Assembly (NCBI RefSeq): GCF_000150275.1
Contig: NW_002060946.1
Coordinates: 3,181,454-3,245,453, forward strand
Origin: Trichoplax adhaerens
Taxonomy: Eukaryota > Animalia > Placozoa
Direction of reading: 5' to 3'
Length of the DNA: 64,000 nt
In this document: piece after piece, positions 27,786 to 42,600 of the stretch
Numbering within the stretch: position 1 is the first letter of the stretch
How the letters are laid out: each line of letters begins with the position of its first letter
Position numbers and translations under genes: made by a program
Notes under the pieces: generated by a model
The model's input: only the letters and a program-made list of their open reading frames with translations
The model's database searches: none
What the model was told of the DNA's origin: nothing

Positions 27786-28067
27786 TTAACTTACTAAGCA
27801 TAACTGGAACAAATCAAGAAAGTTATTCTACACTAACTTACTGAGCATAACTGAAACAAATCAAGAAAGTCATTCTACACTAACTTTCTAAGCATAACTG
27901 AAACAAATCAAGAAAGTCATTCTACACTAACTTTCTAAGCATAACTGAAACAAATCAAGAAAGTCATTCTACACTAACTTACTAAGCATAACTGAAACAA
28001 ATCAAGAAAGTCATTCTACACTAACTTACTAAGCATAACTGGAACAAATCAATAAAGTCATTCTACA
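27786..28067. repeat. 47-bp minisatellite, 6 copies
   Basis: Unit ctaacttactaagcataactgaaacaaatcaagaaagtcattctaca starting at 27786, 27833, 27880, 27927, 27974 and 28021. Confidence 0.97.
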
Positions 28068-28409
28068 CTTCAACCGTTGATAAACACCAGCAAGAAATAC
28101 AGTCATCCCTCACTTTCAACATCGATACTCTCACGTCTACGTTGGTAGATCCATGCATTTCCACAGATGGATATCATGAACGTGTGCCTATATACATCGA
28201 TTGCATGGTAGCGCTTTCAATTGTCATAGATAAAAAGCAGAAACATTTTGGTAAACACCAGTACATGGTACTCCACTGGTGTTGCTCCTGATACGTACGA
28301 GCAGCACAAGAAGTAAATAGTTACAGGTCAGATACAAGCCAACGTTGTTTAAACACCCCCCCCCCCCAAAAAAAAAAATTCCTATAAATTGCTGTTCTAG
28401 AAGACGATC

Positions 28410-31400
28410 ATGGACCAAACGCAAGATGATGAATTGGTACCCTTGAGGAAAAAATTCAGGCGTAAAGAAAGTGGTAAAGAAGATAATTTTGTCCAGTCCT
28501 ATTATAAAATACCGGATGCCAACAATAAGCTAAACGATGCACAGGTGCGTCACCAGTTGTACTGCTAGCGTCTGCAAATCGGAAATCCTACATCTGCCAG
28601 TAGTCATTCCGTAATTAAATAATGTTTTCATCTTGCCTCTTGCATCTTCAATTGTATACTTGATTTACAGCTAACCAATAGATTAGATTATGAGCAGTAC
28701 ATCTTCATTTACGTAATTTTTTCGATAAACTTTCATTCAGATTGACCAGTTGAGATGGAATGCAGGAATCACTGTAAGTTTCTACTACAATCAATCAATC
28801 AGGATAAGCATTTCTAGATTTGAAATACATTCTGTGTAATCATCCATTTTATTCGTATATTTCTTCTACCTTCAAGATAAGATTGTTGTATAAAGTATCA
28901 ATTTTATGGCTGTAATGATTATTCTATGAAGCATACTAAGAAGTTCTATATCCATATTGACTCGTATACATATCATGATATAAATGCAATTCGATAAATA
29001 GGACAGCGCTAAAACTTTCACTGTAAACAATTTTGTTCATGTTGACCTACCTCGGTACTGGCAAAGTAACTGTAGATTTTAATTTGCTGAAATAACTAAA
29101 TTATACGCATTGTAGGTTGATGGAGAAAGTTGCCCTGCTCCAATCTCTGACTTTGCACAGCTCAATCTTCCCTCCCAGCTCCAAGTTTACCTGCAAAATA
29201 AAGATTACAAGGTATGTATATCCATCACAAAATTAGCCACAGATAAAATAAATAAATACTTTTGTACGTTTTCATTGTAATTTCATAAACAGTAATATCT
29301 TTCATAGTTTAATACGGTATAATTATGATACATACTCATATATTGCTTCACGATATCGTAAATAATGCTGTAGACATAATTCTATCCTTAGCTTTTACTT
29401 TATTATCTGTGTTTTGTATTTTTTACTGAAAGCATCCATCATCGATACAAATGCAAGCCCTACCATGTGTGATGTCTGGTCGAGATATAATTGGAATTGC
29501 TGAAACAGTATGTATTGGTAGCCGGAAATGATTTTTGTTCAGTCGTAGTATTCTTAATTTAAATAGACTCATAAATATAAGATAAACAAATTGAACATAC
29601 TGCATGCACGCAATTTACTTATTGCACTCAAAAATATTGGTTGAATTTTAGGGATCTGGTAAAAGCTTATGCTATATACTACCGCTTTGCCATCTCTTGT
29701 TATCTAGACGTCATCGATCGATAGGTTAGAAATAATTTAGCTTGTAATAGCTAAAATACATAAGTCAACGCAGATAATAATCTTAGCTGAGCATTTGATG
29801 GATATTATAACTTACTAATGATTATAATTATCGCTTTATACATTATTATAAGCAACTACAAGAAACATTCCTATGGCTTTGATATTGGTTCCCACGAGAG
29901 AGCTTGTACAACAAGTACGACTTTGCCATAACTTCAACATTCGTATAAATTTAAATCTCATATGCAGCTGACTTGAATATAACCTCTATTATCTTTGCTC
30001 TTTCCTTATTGTAGAGTTATGAAACTCTAACTGAAATACTAAAATACATGAATATTGATGATACTAAGGTGCCTTCTTCCTTGCCTGATCCCTCACACCC
30101 AATGCAAGGTAACATTTGCAGCAATCAGACGACGTCTAGTACATGCTTTGAGTGACTATTCAGAAACCTTGCAGCAGGATAAATAATAATGTTTACATTG
30201 ACATACTTATAGCTCCTACTTATCGGGCTACTATGGTATGTGGTGGCATGCCAATCAGTCAACAAATACAACAGCTCAATGCTGGTGTTGATGTTGTTAT
30301 TGCTACTCCTGGTCGGCTAATCGATTTGATTGATAAAGGAAAGATTAACCTTACTCGGTATTAATTATGTAAACAATTAAGCATAACTTTCAAAATGCAA
30401 TTACCATACAGTTTTTGTATGATCGGTTTCATAGCTCTTATTTTGATATTATTTGCTTCCAATTGGGCTATGAAATTAGAATTATTTATTTAGTTCTGGA
30501 TGAAGCGGATCGTATGCTTGGTATGGGCATGGAAGAGCAGCTCCGAAAGGTATCTTAAAACATACTATTGTCGGTGGGCATTGACTAATGAAAAAGGAAA
30601 ATTGTTAACATATTGCTTGCAATCAGATTGTAGGAGTCGCTACTCAAACATTGTTAGCGCGACAAACACTTTTGTGGTCAGCAACCATGCCTACTGCATT
30701 AGACAGATTGGCAAGATCTGCTGTCTTAAACGCGGTAACACTTTGATCTCGTATTTTCAATTGGACATATAGCATTGACAGTAGTAATGAGAGTAGCCAT
30801 GTAAAAGCAAATAATATCAATATGTTATGTTTCAAATTACAGATTACCATTACTGTTGGTGTTACCGGTATAACAAACCGCAAAATTCATCATAATGTAC
30901 AAGTTATTAACTATGCCGAGAAGCCAGTAAGATTATTATTGTGGATAGATTACTACCTTAACTGTTATTACTAAATAGCATTACTATTGTTAACAGATAA
31001 GACTACTTAAAGTCTTACGTCATACAACATGTCCGCCCGTCATCGTATTTGCCAACACAATCGATACCGTAGATGAGGTAAATTAGGCCAACTGCACAGT
31101 TTCTGGAAATCGAATTAAACTTCCAGTATTAAAATTCATCTTTATGCTAGGTAACTCTTGCATTGAAGAAAGAGCAATTCCATGTGGCTAGTCTGCACTC
31201 TGAAAAAACACAAGCCTACAGATTTCGAGTCATGACTGCACTAAAAAGTGGTAGGCAATACAATTAAAAAGTGCCATTTATATTTTACAACATTATGTTT
31301 TGAGTGTAATAATATAAAACCATAGGTGGCGTCGATGTACTGGTAGCCACTGATTTAGCATCACGTGGTTTAGATATCCCAGAAGTTAGCCATGTCATAA

Positions 31401-31801
31401 GCTATGATATGCCCGAAACAATTGAAGACTATATTCATAGATGCGGTATAAAATATTTTTGTGCTGAATTTAGATAAGAGATTTTTAAATGTAACAACAT
31501 ATTGCAATAAAATGTAGGTAGGACTGCTCGTTTCAATAGGTATGGGCAAGCAACCGCATTTGTAACACTTGATTGTAAAGTTGTCGAAGATCTGAAAGAT
31601 GTTCTAGTCGCAGCGAAACAGGTTAGATTCTTATATATTTAATAGCGTAGCTATCCTCAACGACGATTAGTTTTATTTTTACATAAACGGATTTTGCTAA
31701 TTTTCTAATAATGGATGCAGGAAATTCCTGACGAATTAGTCGATTCTGCAAGATTTGGTAAAAAGATCATACGAACAGAGTTTGGCGACAGAGTCATATA
31801 A
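28410..31801 (+). CDS. DEAD-box RNA helicase (DDX41/DDX23/DDX59-related), multi-exon
   Basis: Q motif PSSIQ, AETGSGKS, PTREL, GG, TPGRL, DEADRM, SAT, SRGLD, HRCGRTAR; start MDQTQDDEL, end EFGDRVI*. Confidence 0.92.
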
Positions 31802-32801
31802 GAGAAATTGTTTTCTTTGCATTTTTCAACAAAATGCTAAAATTGAAAAATCGTAATGATACAAACTCCTAAGTTGTAAAATAATCTTTTCTGACTATGA
31901 ATGAACGATATATCATCATATGATGTACCGGTAATATGCAATCAATCAGAATAATTATTTATCTATTTTGTACTATATAACAATCATAGTTGGATATCCA
32001 TGTTAATACTCGTAGTTGATTACCGCTTGTACAGGATTTATGCTTATTGTATAATGGAACCTTCAGTTGGCAAGCTCTATTTTATACCCAAAAATATTGA
32101 TGTACTGTATGTATGCTCGTATTAACTATTATTTCAATGCAGTAAGCCAATTATAGAGAATTGTAGCTATTGAATAAATAACTGTGTAAAATCATTTACT
32201 TGCACGTGCTGAAGCGTTATTAGTATAGCAAATTTTAATGTACAAGCTATGTTATAAGCATTTATTATAATTAGAATCGAATGATTTGAAAATTATTTCT
32301 ATATGCATATCAATGATATTAAAAGCGATCAAAATAATTTGTCGCCATTACTCACTAATAAATACTATTTCATCATATGGAAAAACGCTACATCGGATAG
32401 TTATTCATTCACTATTGAATGACTTTTTCTTACAATATTTTAACTAAATATCAAGAATATTGATTGAGAAGCTCTAGTGGACATCTTTATTTCCAATAGA
32501 TGTTACGCTATTTATACCGGCATGCCGCATGCAATTTTTGAAATGTATTTACTATGTTCTCTACGCTCTTCTGCTACTCCCACTCCCGACTTCCTGTAGA
32601 CACCACCATTAAACTGCATACTGCAAGACTCAATTAGGAGTCTAAATTGAGTAGCTGAACTAACCATAAACCCGCGTATATCGGCTGTATAGCGTTTCAT
32701 CGCACTTGTATTTACAGGGCGTGTATCATTGTTAAGGTCAACTACGTTGCAATCGTACCGTCATAACAGGTCAGGCATAATACGGATCAGCCGCCTTCGA
32801 A

Positions 32802-32815
32802 GTTACTATGACAAC
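32802..32815. promoter_or_regulatory. RFX X-box GTTACTATGACAAC
   Basis: Matches the palindromic X-box pattern (GTTNCY AT RRNAAC); ~560 bp upstream of the EF-hand gene ATG. Confidence 0.7.
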
Positions 32816-33371
32816 CAGTGAAGCAGTTTCGATACTTTTTATTTCAGTTACTGCCACGTCTATGGGTAGCCTCTGCTAACTAAGCTAAATATTAACTTAA
32901 AATTTCACTTTACAGTAACGATTAGCTCATCTTTCATTATAGGTACTTATGACTAGCGATAGCTTGCTAAGCTTAAATCGATATTCTTGCTAGTATAATC
33001 ATTGTTCGCGGACGACACTAAAAAATCAATAAATTAAAGTAATAACAGGAGTTACGAGAGGATGAATTCATTGAATTGGTAAGACACGAGTATGTAACTT
33101 TTTATTGTTATATAAATTATACTATGCTTAACGTCTTCATCATTCAGTAATCTATATTGCTATTATAACTAGCAGGAGACGGAAACAAATTGATAGCATT
33201 TTTGATGTAACATTAACAACTAATTTCAATTTGGAAATAGATTTACCATAGCCAAATATAAAGAAAATGTTTCAAAAGTAAATAGAAGAATTCTTGTAAA
33301 AGGAAATCGTTATTGCTAAGCTAAAGAAGAAACACCTGATATCAAATCTACTGTATTTATTAAGATTGGAG

Positions 33372-35800
33372 ATGTCGTCTATACCTAAACCGCCAAAGTA
33401 AGTATCGTCGCTCTAGAATCGCATCTGCTGCTTCAAATTAGATCAATACCGTACATGAGGATCACTTATCTAGTTGTTGAAGATACACTCATTGATTTTA
33501 ACATATTGGCCGTCGAGTAAACACTAATTCCGAAAGTTTCAACGGCTGCTATACAGTATACTGGTACTATATCAAATGAAATGGGCATTCCAGATATTTA
33601 GATATCAAACAAGTCATGATACGTCAAATTGATGTAACATCTTTTTTTTAAATTGTGTCAATAAAGCAATTAAAATCGTTTATTCGGTTATAAACAATAC
33701 AGTAAACTATATTTTTTACTTATTTAACGCGGGGTAAATTTAGAATTTACTCTTGCAGTACTATATCGAAATCACGGAGATATTCTAGATAAGTTGCTAT
33801 CAAATACAAGTCATAATGATTTTAGGTTAATAAAATGTTTTTAATTAATTAAAATTACGATACTCAAACTTTAATTGAATGCTTTATGTTCCTGCTCTAA
33901 TTCAGTAATCATATCTCATAACCTGCTACGATTGTTTAGTAAACGATATCGATATATTACTATGTATGCACTAAAATGGAATATTGATACAAAACAATAA
34001 CGTTTCAATGAATAATTTAATTTATTTTTAGTTAATAGTTATTGCTATCCAATACGAAGTAACGATATAAATTAGTAAATGAATACTGATAAAATTAAAA
34101 AATTTAACCATTAGTCCATAATATTTTTCTATAAAAATGTAATTTATAGAAAACCGAAAAAGAAGAAAAAGAAAAATGCAGCGAAGGTAAGCTAATATAA
34201 TCTATAAGTAAACAGAATTGACGTTGAGATTACTAGAACACTATTATGTAAGGGAAATTGTAATAAAAATAAAGCAAAAGTTGCGTGATAGTAATAGTAT
34301 TGTAAATATCGTAGGAAAAAATAAAATTAGAAGCAGATCGAATAGCTTCATCTGAAGCTTTGTATAATGATTTTATTAAACGTATGACACAATGGATGCT
34401 GGACAATTATGGGCGAGCTATCGATTTATTTAGAAGGTATAAGAACATTAAATCTTTTAGATAAAAGAAATTTTTTTCTTTTAATAATATATCTCAATTT
34501 AGGTTCTTTTTAAATATGGAAATATAGATTAATGACCTTCTGCGCCAGTATTACTGCAATTTACTCGTTATTTTTCTGTTTCAAATAAATCAGATTTGAT
34601 ATTAATGGCGATGGAGCATTATCAATAGAAGAATTTACATGTGGAATGCGAGACTTAGATGCACCCGCCACATTAGCAGAATTAATGGTTTTAGCACGTG
34701 AAATCGATCGTGATAACAGTGGTAGTATAGATTATTTAGAATTTGCAAATGGATTACGCTATAGGTTAGTTTCTTAATTTACTGCAGCATAAATTCATAT
34801 TTCCTAGAATTGCTACAAACTATGTAAAGGAATAATTCATTATCTTTCCTCTATTTTAATCTTAAATCGGTTATACTCATACGTATCAGACGTGAAGAAA
34901 AGAATAGAGATGACGGTTTACCAGTGTTACGAATTAAAAGAGAAAGAGGTCACCAGTGTCCTCATTGCCATTTGCGGTTATGGTCACCAATTGAAGAGAA
35001 AGATATTAGGTTAGTCATAAAGAGATAAGTCTATGGTATCGCTATGTTACGGTAAAATGATTTTAAAATATTACCAAAATTGAGATGATAGCATAATTTT
35101 AAAAATTTCTCCTATGAAATGAAATAGATTATGATTGTAATCTGAATGTGATGAAAAGCTACCATGTATTATTCCCTATATAATAATATTTAATGTTACG
35201 TATATGTTTTCGGAAATAGTATCTCAGTTAGCCATGATATTAAATCTTTAAACTTCGTAAAATCACAGATAACACCAAATTATGTATACATACGTAATAT
35301 CAATCTGAAACATGTTACATTAATTTTAGCTTAGTTCAGAGTAGAGTTCAACACAGAAGAAGCCAATTCACATTGAATGTATACGTGTATATGTTATATA
35401 CCTATATCCTTATTAGCTATAGTACTTGCATCAAATATTTAAATTGGTCTCATTATTCGTATTTAACATTTTTAGGTACATTCGGTTAGAATTAAGAATG
35501 TCTATATTTGCGAGTTTCGCTCATAACCATCCTACAGCATTTACTACTATCGTGCATGCTCATGTACCTATTTATGGCGTAACACAAATTGTCAGTGAAC
35601 AACTTGGGGAGCTCCAATTAGCTATTAAAATTTATCGCGATCAAATTGCAACTGGTTGCATGAGACCAGAAATGACATTAGATGATTATGGTTTTCATGG
35701 TAATAGCGATCCCGATGAACCGGAAGATGTACTTTTGTATTATGATTATGATGTTCCAGTTATTGATTGCCCAATCTTATTAGCCGATCATTACTTTTAA
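33372..35800 (+). CDS. EF-hand pair + CxxC + ubiquitin-like C-terminal domain protein, probably ciliary
   Basis: Six exons: MSSIPKPPK-KPKKKKKKNAAK-..; EF loops DINGDGALSIEE and DRDNSGSIDYLE; CPHC; last exon beta-grasp-like (..PEMTLDDYGF..VLLYYDY..DCPILLADHYF*). Confidence 0.85.
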
Positions 35801-36604
35801 CATTTTTATATTATTTTTTTATCAAATAAATCAAAATGATTTGGCTTACTGATGGTTGTTCAAATACTTAATCCTTAGAACGTTCGGCAATTCTAAGATA
35901 TTGTTTTTAAACTAGCCGTTAAAATCCCTATTACCGTAATTTTATTGAAAATCCGACTGATAAATTAATCTGGTCGTAAAACATTTGAAAACTATATTAC
36001 TTCATAACAAAATTGGAAAACAAATTGAACCTTAAAATATCTAGGATATTGTAAATATAGAATCCTATTATTTTAAAGGTACTAGTCTTTTTATAAAAGG
36101 TATTCGCCGGCAATTGCTGAAATTGCGTATAATTTTATGTCTTATAAAATGATTTTGATTTCTAGAACATTGTACTTTATGCCTACACACCATAGTAAGT
36201 ACATGAGTCGTGAGATAATTCCAAAACATAGAACGAATACTTTATGTACACTATAATACTACAGTTTGAAATTTTCAGATATTCCTACTCAAATCTGATA
36301 GCAAGCCTTCCATAAATACATTTAAAAGTAAGCATTAATATTATAATAATAACAGAGTCTTTTACATGCGAGTATATATATATACAATCCAAGTACTGTA
36401 CATTTCGATAAGTGTAACTATTGTAGCTGAAGTTGCTCCAATATTACACATCAATATGATTGATTAATATACGAAACAAACGGGTATACCTTATGCAAGT
36501 GAGAAATGCGTCCTATTTGTAAATAACAGGACCATTCCTCTGTAATTAGTAGGGTGCATGAAGCGGATGTATCAAATTCACAATCTATTTCTATAATTTT
36601 TCAT

Positions 36605-39600
36605 CTATGAAGCCATAAAAGCAGAGCTTTCTTGCACACTTAGACGATATTCATTGATAAAATCTTTCAATTCCTGATCCCGTAAGAGCTTAACCATCTG
36701 AAACCATTATAACAATTAGAGTAATACTCGAACGTTGATAGTACATTATGCACTGTAATAGCCTAACAAATAAGCTTATCATAGATTGAATACGTAATAT
36801 TTTCATTTACAAGATGGACTTACATCGTGGTATTTTTCAAGCATATCCAACGAAGATAACTTTATTAAAGATTTCAACCATTTCTTGGTTTCGTTGATAA
36901 AATGTAGATCTGTACATATCTGCATAGCAAGAAATTAAACCTTACCTAAATAGCTTATTCCTTAAGCCTATTTTTAATTAAATCTTAAAAAAGCAATTCC
37001 AGCAATCATCATGTCTTACAGCAATGCTTTCTTCACTTATACTCAGCTCCGATACCATATTAAACATGAAAAGTGAGACCGGGATCATATTTCTAATCTG
37101 GAAATTCACGCATCGGCGATAATTTAATTAATTCCTATCATCTTAATATTCATTGCTTTCAGTTATCAAATACAAAGATAGCACATTACCTTATCCTTGT
37201 CGTCAGATATTGTATCACCAAATATACTTCATTATGAGATATAAATGTTGAAGAAAATTCATGACTGAATAAAAAATTAATCTTATGACATTAAACTGAA
37301 TACCTACTTGAAGTAAACCACTGGATACAACCGAGAATAATTCATATTTTTACGAGCTTCCCTATATTTAATGTTAGATATGCTATTAGTGTAAGAATAA
37401 TCCAAGTTCTTTACATATCTTAATTACCTTAGTAAATTTACAACCCTGAAATATTCTCTTCCTGCTATTGGACAGAATTTTATATCTTTGGAAAGAAATA
37501 ATTTAGTTAAGGACCTATTTCATATCAAATTATTAAATTATAAGCTACTTTGTTATTTACCATTAACTAGACCTAAAAGACTCCTAGAATTAGAGGCTAC
37601 AATTGCCTATATAAATTAAGCAAACATTAACATAGATGTAAACTATGCATGTTTCGATTGTATCACATTTAAAATACTAAAACTTAACAAGTGTAGTTTT
37701 TTATTACCTTTGCCACGTTAATAGTACTACGATGTAATTCGATCATATCACTAACCTAAAAGAATAAAGTCTCTCAATTAAGTACTATGGATATGCAGTA
37801 AATAAGATAGACTCACGGCTAATTTTGAGAGTGACCAACAGAGATAGCTTATGATACAATCCAACAAGCACCATTCCATCTATTGAACAAAGTAAATAAC
37901 AATAGTATCACTCTCCCTCTATCATTGAGAAAAATTTAGCTATGCAGTGATACTGCTAAACAGTTTTTGTAAATATGATATGAACATAAAATCTGACCTC
38001 TTCAATCAAAGTTATGCTTGCTTGATAGTTTTTCAAGTAATTTAAAAATTCAACAATCCTATGATATTTACACATGAATGAATTTTAAATTACAAAAAAT
38101 ACATTGCAGACCCGGACATGCTCATTATACTATCCGCATAGCATATTTTTCATCCTTACCAATATGAAATATTTTGATCGTATGAGCTAAAGAGCGGAAG
38201 CAAAAATTTGCGAATTTCAGTACAGGAAGTATAACTTCTATTGCAAGCTAGCAATCAGCAAATCAAGGACATTTAACCTCTTATCAATAATTTGTTTGAA
38301 AATCATAATTGCTAATTGCCAAGAAGGGCGATCAGGAATATCAGCTCCGAAATCATGGTCAATTACCGCCCTAATAATTCCATTTATAGGGAATAACAAA
38401 ACAATTCACTTTATTACTCCATGACTTCCAAGTATAATAGAAGATCAGTACCTTGATATGCTAACAATACTTACCGATAACTCCAAGCCTGTAAGGTATT
38501 GAATTCGTTAATATAATCGCTAAGTGCATTACCAAAAAACCCAGATATTATATTCAATTTTTCCCAATGATCCTTTACCGATTATAATAAATGCAGATTA
38601 AATAAATACGACAATATTAATATCAATTCTTGTATTGTTAAGTAAATAAAGCGATCAAAATACAACGGTTGATAGCTACAATCAAATAGAGATATCGTAG
38701 CATCGACGCATACCAAGAGCGATCCGATTAATATTGGTGAAGTTGATATAAGATACCTGGCTAGGTCATCACCATAATGGGCTATTATCTGTGTTTACAA
38801 TAAGGTGACCATAAAATAAATTATGTCATGTTATACTCTATGTTTTTAACCGCTAGAACAACTATTGAATTATTAAATTTTGATTATAGAGTATCGATCA
38901 GAATCTCGATTTCCAATTAATCAATACTTTTAGTAGAGCAGAGCATAGCTCCATACTAAAGCTAAATCCTGTTATTTGATATTCAACCTAAACGATATTT
39001 AAAATAAGATACAAATATTACTAAAATAGTAGAAATTGATATTAGATCAACAACGTAAAATGTAACATCTTGCAAAAATAAGATTCTATATTGCCAACCA
39101 AGATATCGTTTATAAAATTCTTGAAAGTTTCCATCTTCGAATCAAGTGTCTGCTCTTTGCCAGTAGTTATAGATAAAATAACATTTGGAGAAATACGAGC
39201 AAATATTCTAAAAAAGAACACATTTGATATTAGCGTGACCAAGTAAATAAGCCAAAAGTCCGTGAATATACTCTCAAAGTGCTGTGATGACAACAGAAGG
39301 CATAAATCCTTCAGGATTATAAATTATTATAATTATTAATGCGAATATTACAATGATACAGCAAATACAACTGAAAAAAATGAAGGTACGCTACCCTATT
39401 TATTCATTCTTTTATCGGTAGTAAATTAGTAGAACGTTATATTAAGTATTACTTTCAGAGTTAAGTGCACAAGTAGCGACAGAAACGAACAGTGCTTATT
39501 GTACTTCAAATTTTTAAATTAAACGGTACATACTTGATTATGCAATCTAATTCAATCTGGATGTCATTCATCCCACCCAACCGTAACATATGCGTCTCTC

Positions 39601-42600
39601 GCTGGGTAAGCATCATAATGTTTCGTCTGTCTTTCAAGATATTTAACAGAATAATATCGTCCTTGGTATTACTGCCTTGCTGCTGGTTAGCCTCCGCAAG
39701 AATACACTGTTGAAATAAGTCACTTTGCATTAATGTCACGATAAAATTGTGCAAAGAGGCGTTGAAAGAAGTCATAACCTGCATAAAAGCTAAAGCTGGA
39801 TCAATATTTTGATTATCATGCCTATATAACACATACAGAAAGATACCATGTTTACGATTAAGCTTCATTGATAAAACCTATCACTACTAAAACTTTTCTA
39901 TTTTTGGCTGTTTCGTATACTAGGTATTAAATATTTCTAACTATACAAACCACTCCATATAATCTTTGATAGACTTGATTAACATCTCGCAAACGTAGCG
40001 ATATTGGCCGCCACAACCTCCACTAACGATACTACTAGTGAGGAAATGTTTACGAAAGATCCAGTTCCAATATGTTAGCCTGAAAAATCGATTTCGTAAG
40101 ACATCAAACACTTGCTAAGCATAGAGTAGTGGAAATAGGAGTTTCGAAAGCATAGTGTCTAAAACTCACCTTTCAGCTTCGTTACGAAAGAAATCATGAT
40201 CTTGACAGATATTTAATTCATAATTGATCCATTCCGATAGTACTAACTAGTAAGGTATAAGCAGAAAAATGATAAAATTACAAAAAAATTGCTGGCAAAG
40301 TGATTACGTATTACCGGAATATAGTAAAGCTGCGTTCGATTAACAATTTTAGTGCTATCTCTTTATTGCTTACTCTATCAATCATTAAAGATAATGTACA
40401 AGTAATACATATAGCAATCTTCTATAGAATGATAAAAGCGTCGATTGTATAATTTTTATTCAGATAATTCATATACGTTTTTTTCCTCTTCTAAAATGAT
40501 TTTTCCTTGTTCTGAGTTTAGAAAGGCAGTAAATGAGCCCAAGTCTAAATTAAAATTAAAAATAATGATCTCACTTCCCTATCATTTTAACAGCGCCTGG
40601 TTTATATTTTTAAGATTGAATAATGATAACCTGCTTTCATATCTTCATTTCCCATACCCAAGGAAAGGATACTCTCTAACCGTATCGATAGGTAAAGAGC
40701 CTACAGTATGTAACACGTATAAATTCATTATTTTTAATTACATTAATGATCTCAAGGACGCATACGAATATACATGCATTTTACGTACATACCAATTTTA
40801 ATTGAGAACGCAAAATTGCACGACACTCTAAATAATATAGATAGTTTAGAATTATTCAATATTATTTTATACCTATGTTATCACAGTATTTTAAGATTTA
40901 AGGTAAATTACCATGATCGATAATTAGTTTTCGGTAATCGGAAACTAAGACGAGGCCATTTGTACAAAACCTGCAATTATTGCAGAAAGTTTATAGCAAA
41001 AGCAAACTATCAGCTAAACAATATACGAGTATATTAACCGTAAAGCCAATGGCATTGAGTTTTTGGTCTTGTAGTTAAAACTTTTCCACAAAAACGTAGC
41101 CGGATTCGTATAAACTATATCTACATGACATAACCTAGCGCTATCGCTTATTAAGAACCATCTCCATTGTTGCTTACTCGTCAAAAAACCAAGCAACAGA
41201 CTCGCTATTCCATTCGGACTGCAATCACTACTATTATGGTCCTAAATTAATTTCATTTAGAAAACAAGAAATCAACTAAGATGCTACCAAGAAGTAACAA
41301 TAGCAAGCAAATTAAGCAAATTAAAGATTTATTCAGAAATTAGTATTTACCTTGAATGAAAGATATGCCACAGTTTCAGAAACAACATAAGCTAGAATGT
41401 AAGGGAAAGAATGTAAAACATTTACGAATCCCATGTACCAATCTTTACAATTGCCCATAAAATCGGTATCTTTATTTGATGTTAATAATTGAAAGACTTT
41501 GCAGTAAAGTGCCAAGAGAGATTTGTGAAACTAAATAAAAGTAAAATAAATAGGATAATAGCAGAATATTTACAGAATCAGAGTTCTTCATTTACCTATA
41601 CATTCCGATAAATCCTAAATATTAATGTCATAATATCAATTACGGTAAAGCTATTTATCCATTACCTCCTTCACGATTGCCAATTCTCCTTCATTCAATT
41701 TATTAGCCGGTGATAACTCATTCTTATTATCATTCTTTGTTGATAATAGTGGCAAAATTTCGTTAAAGATCTTACTAATTTCATCAAGTAAAAATTTGCA
41801 GTCCGGCCGCTCATTAGCTTGAGATCTTTGGCTAAGCTCCCGAATTTCGGAAACGCACTTCCATAATCGAGCCAGAACATGGCTTTGAGAGTTTCCATGA
41901 TCTGCAAAGGTAAGTGAATTATTTAAACCACAAAAAATATAATTAAGAGATATAAAAGGGTATCAAAATAGAATTACTCAAGCACGAAACTTCGATTTGA
42001 ATGTACTATTACTATATTTTGCTAATAAATCGAGCCTACCTGGCAGTTTAGTGGGCTTATTACGTCTCTCTTCAAAAGCATTCCATAGAGTTGCCGGAAT
42101 CTTATTACCACTAAGTGTTAAGAGTACTGGTTAAATTAAAACAATCAATTGATAATTTTACTAACCTAACAATTTTTTAAAGGGCTATTTATAGCACTAG
42201 CGAGATTTTCTATAATACTATAAAAAGAAAATCACTAATCGATTTTTACCGCTTCAGAATTTCAATTAAACCAATCGTTTCAATAGAATCACGAGACGTC
42301 TATAGCACCGTAGGAGTAAATTTACAGACATCAAATATAGTAACAAGTAGCAGAAAGAGATACATCAAATAATTTAAGAAGCATTATATCAATAATGGAA
42401 GCCAACTTGAAAATACTGCTACCTCTTCATACACTAACAGAGCAGGCAGAAATTGATTGCAAAAGTAGGACTTTTGGAAAATGCTGTGAGATAGAAATAT
42501 ACACAAGAAGATAAGATCTACCTTCTAATTACTAATTACCATCAAGCTGAGTTCGAGTTTACGCTGACGGAAAGTACGTCTATTTTTTATCCGGTACAAA

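Noticed and set aside
27786-28067. CRISPR-like appearance of the 47-bp array (also the 151-bp array)
   Set aside because: No unique spacers, no cas genes, eukaryotic context.
32512-32700. 62-aa ORF divergent from the EF-hand gene
   Set aside because: No homology recognised and no splice support.
40660-40675. U12-type donor-like GTATCCTTT on the minus strand in FANCA
   Set aside because: The frame reads through to a same-phase GT donor 15 nt later, and no TCCTTAAC branch site precedes the next acceptor.
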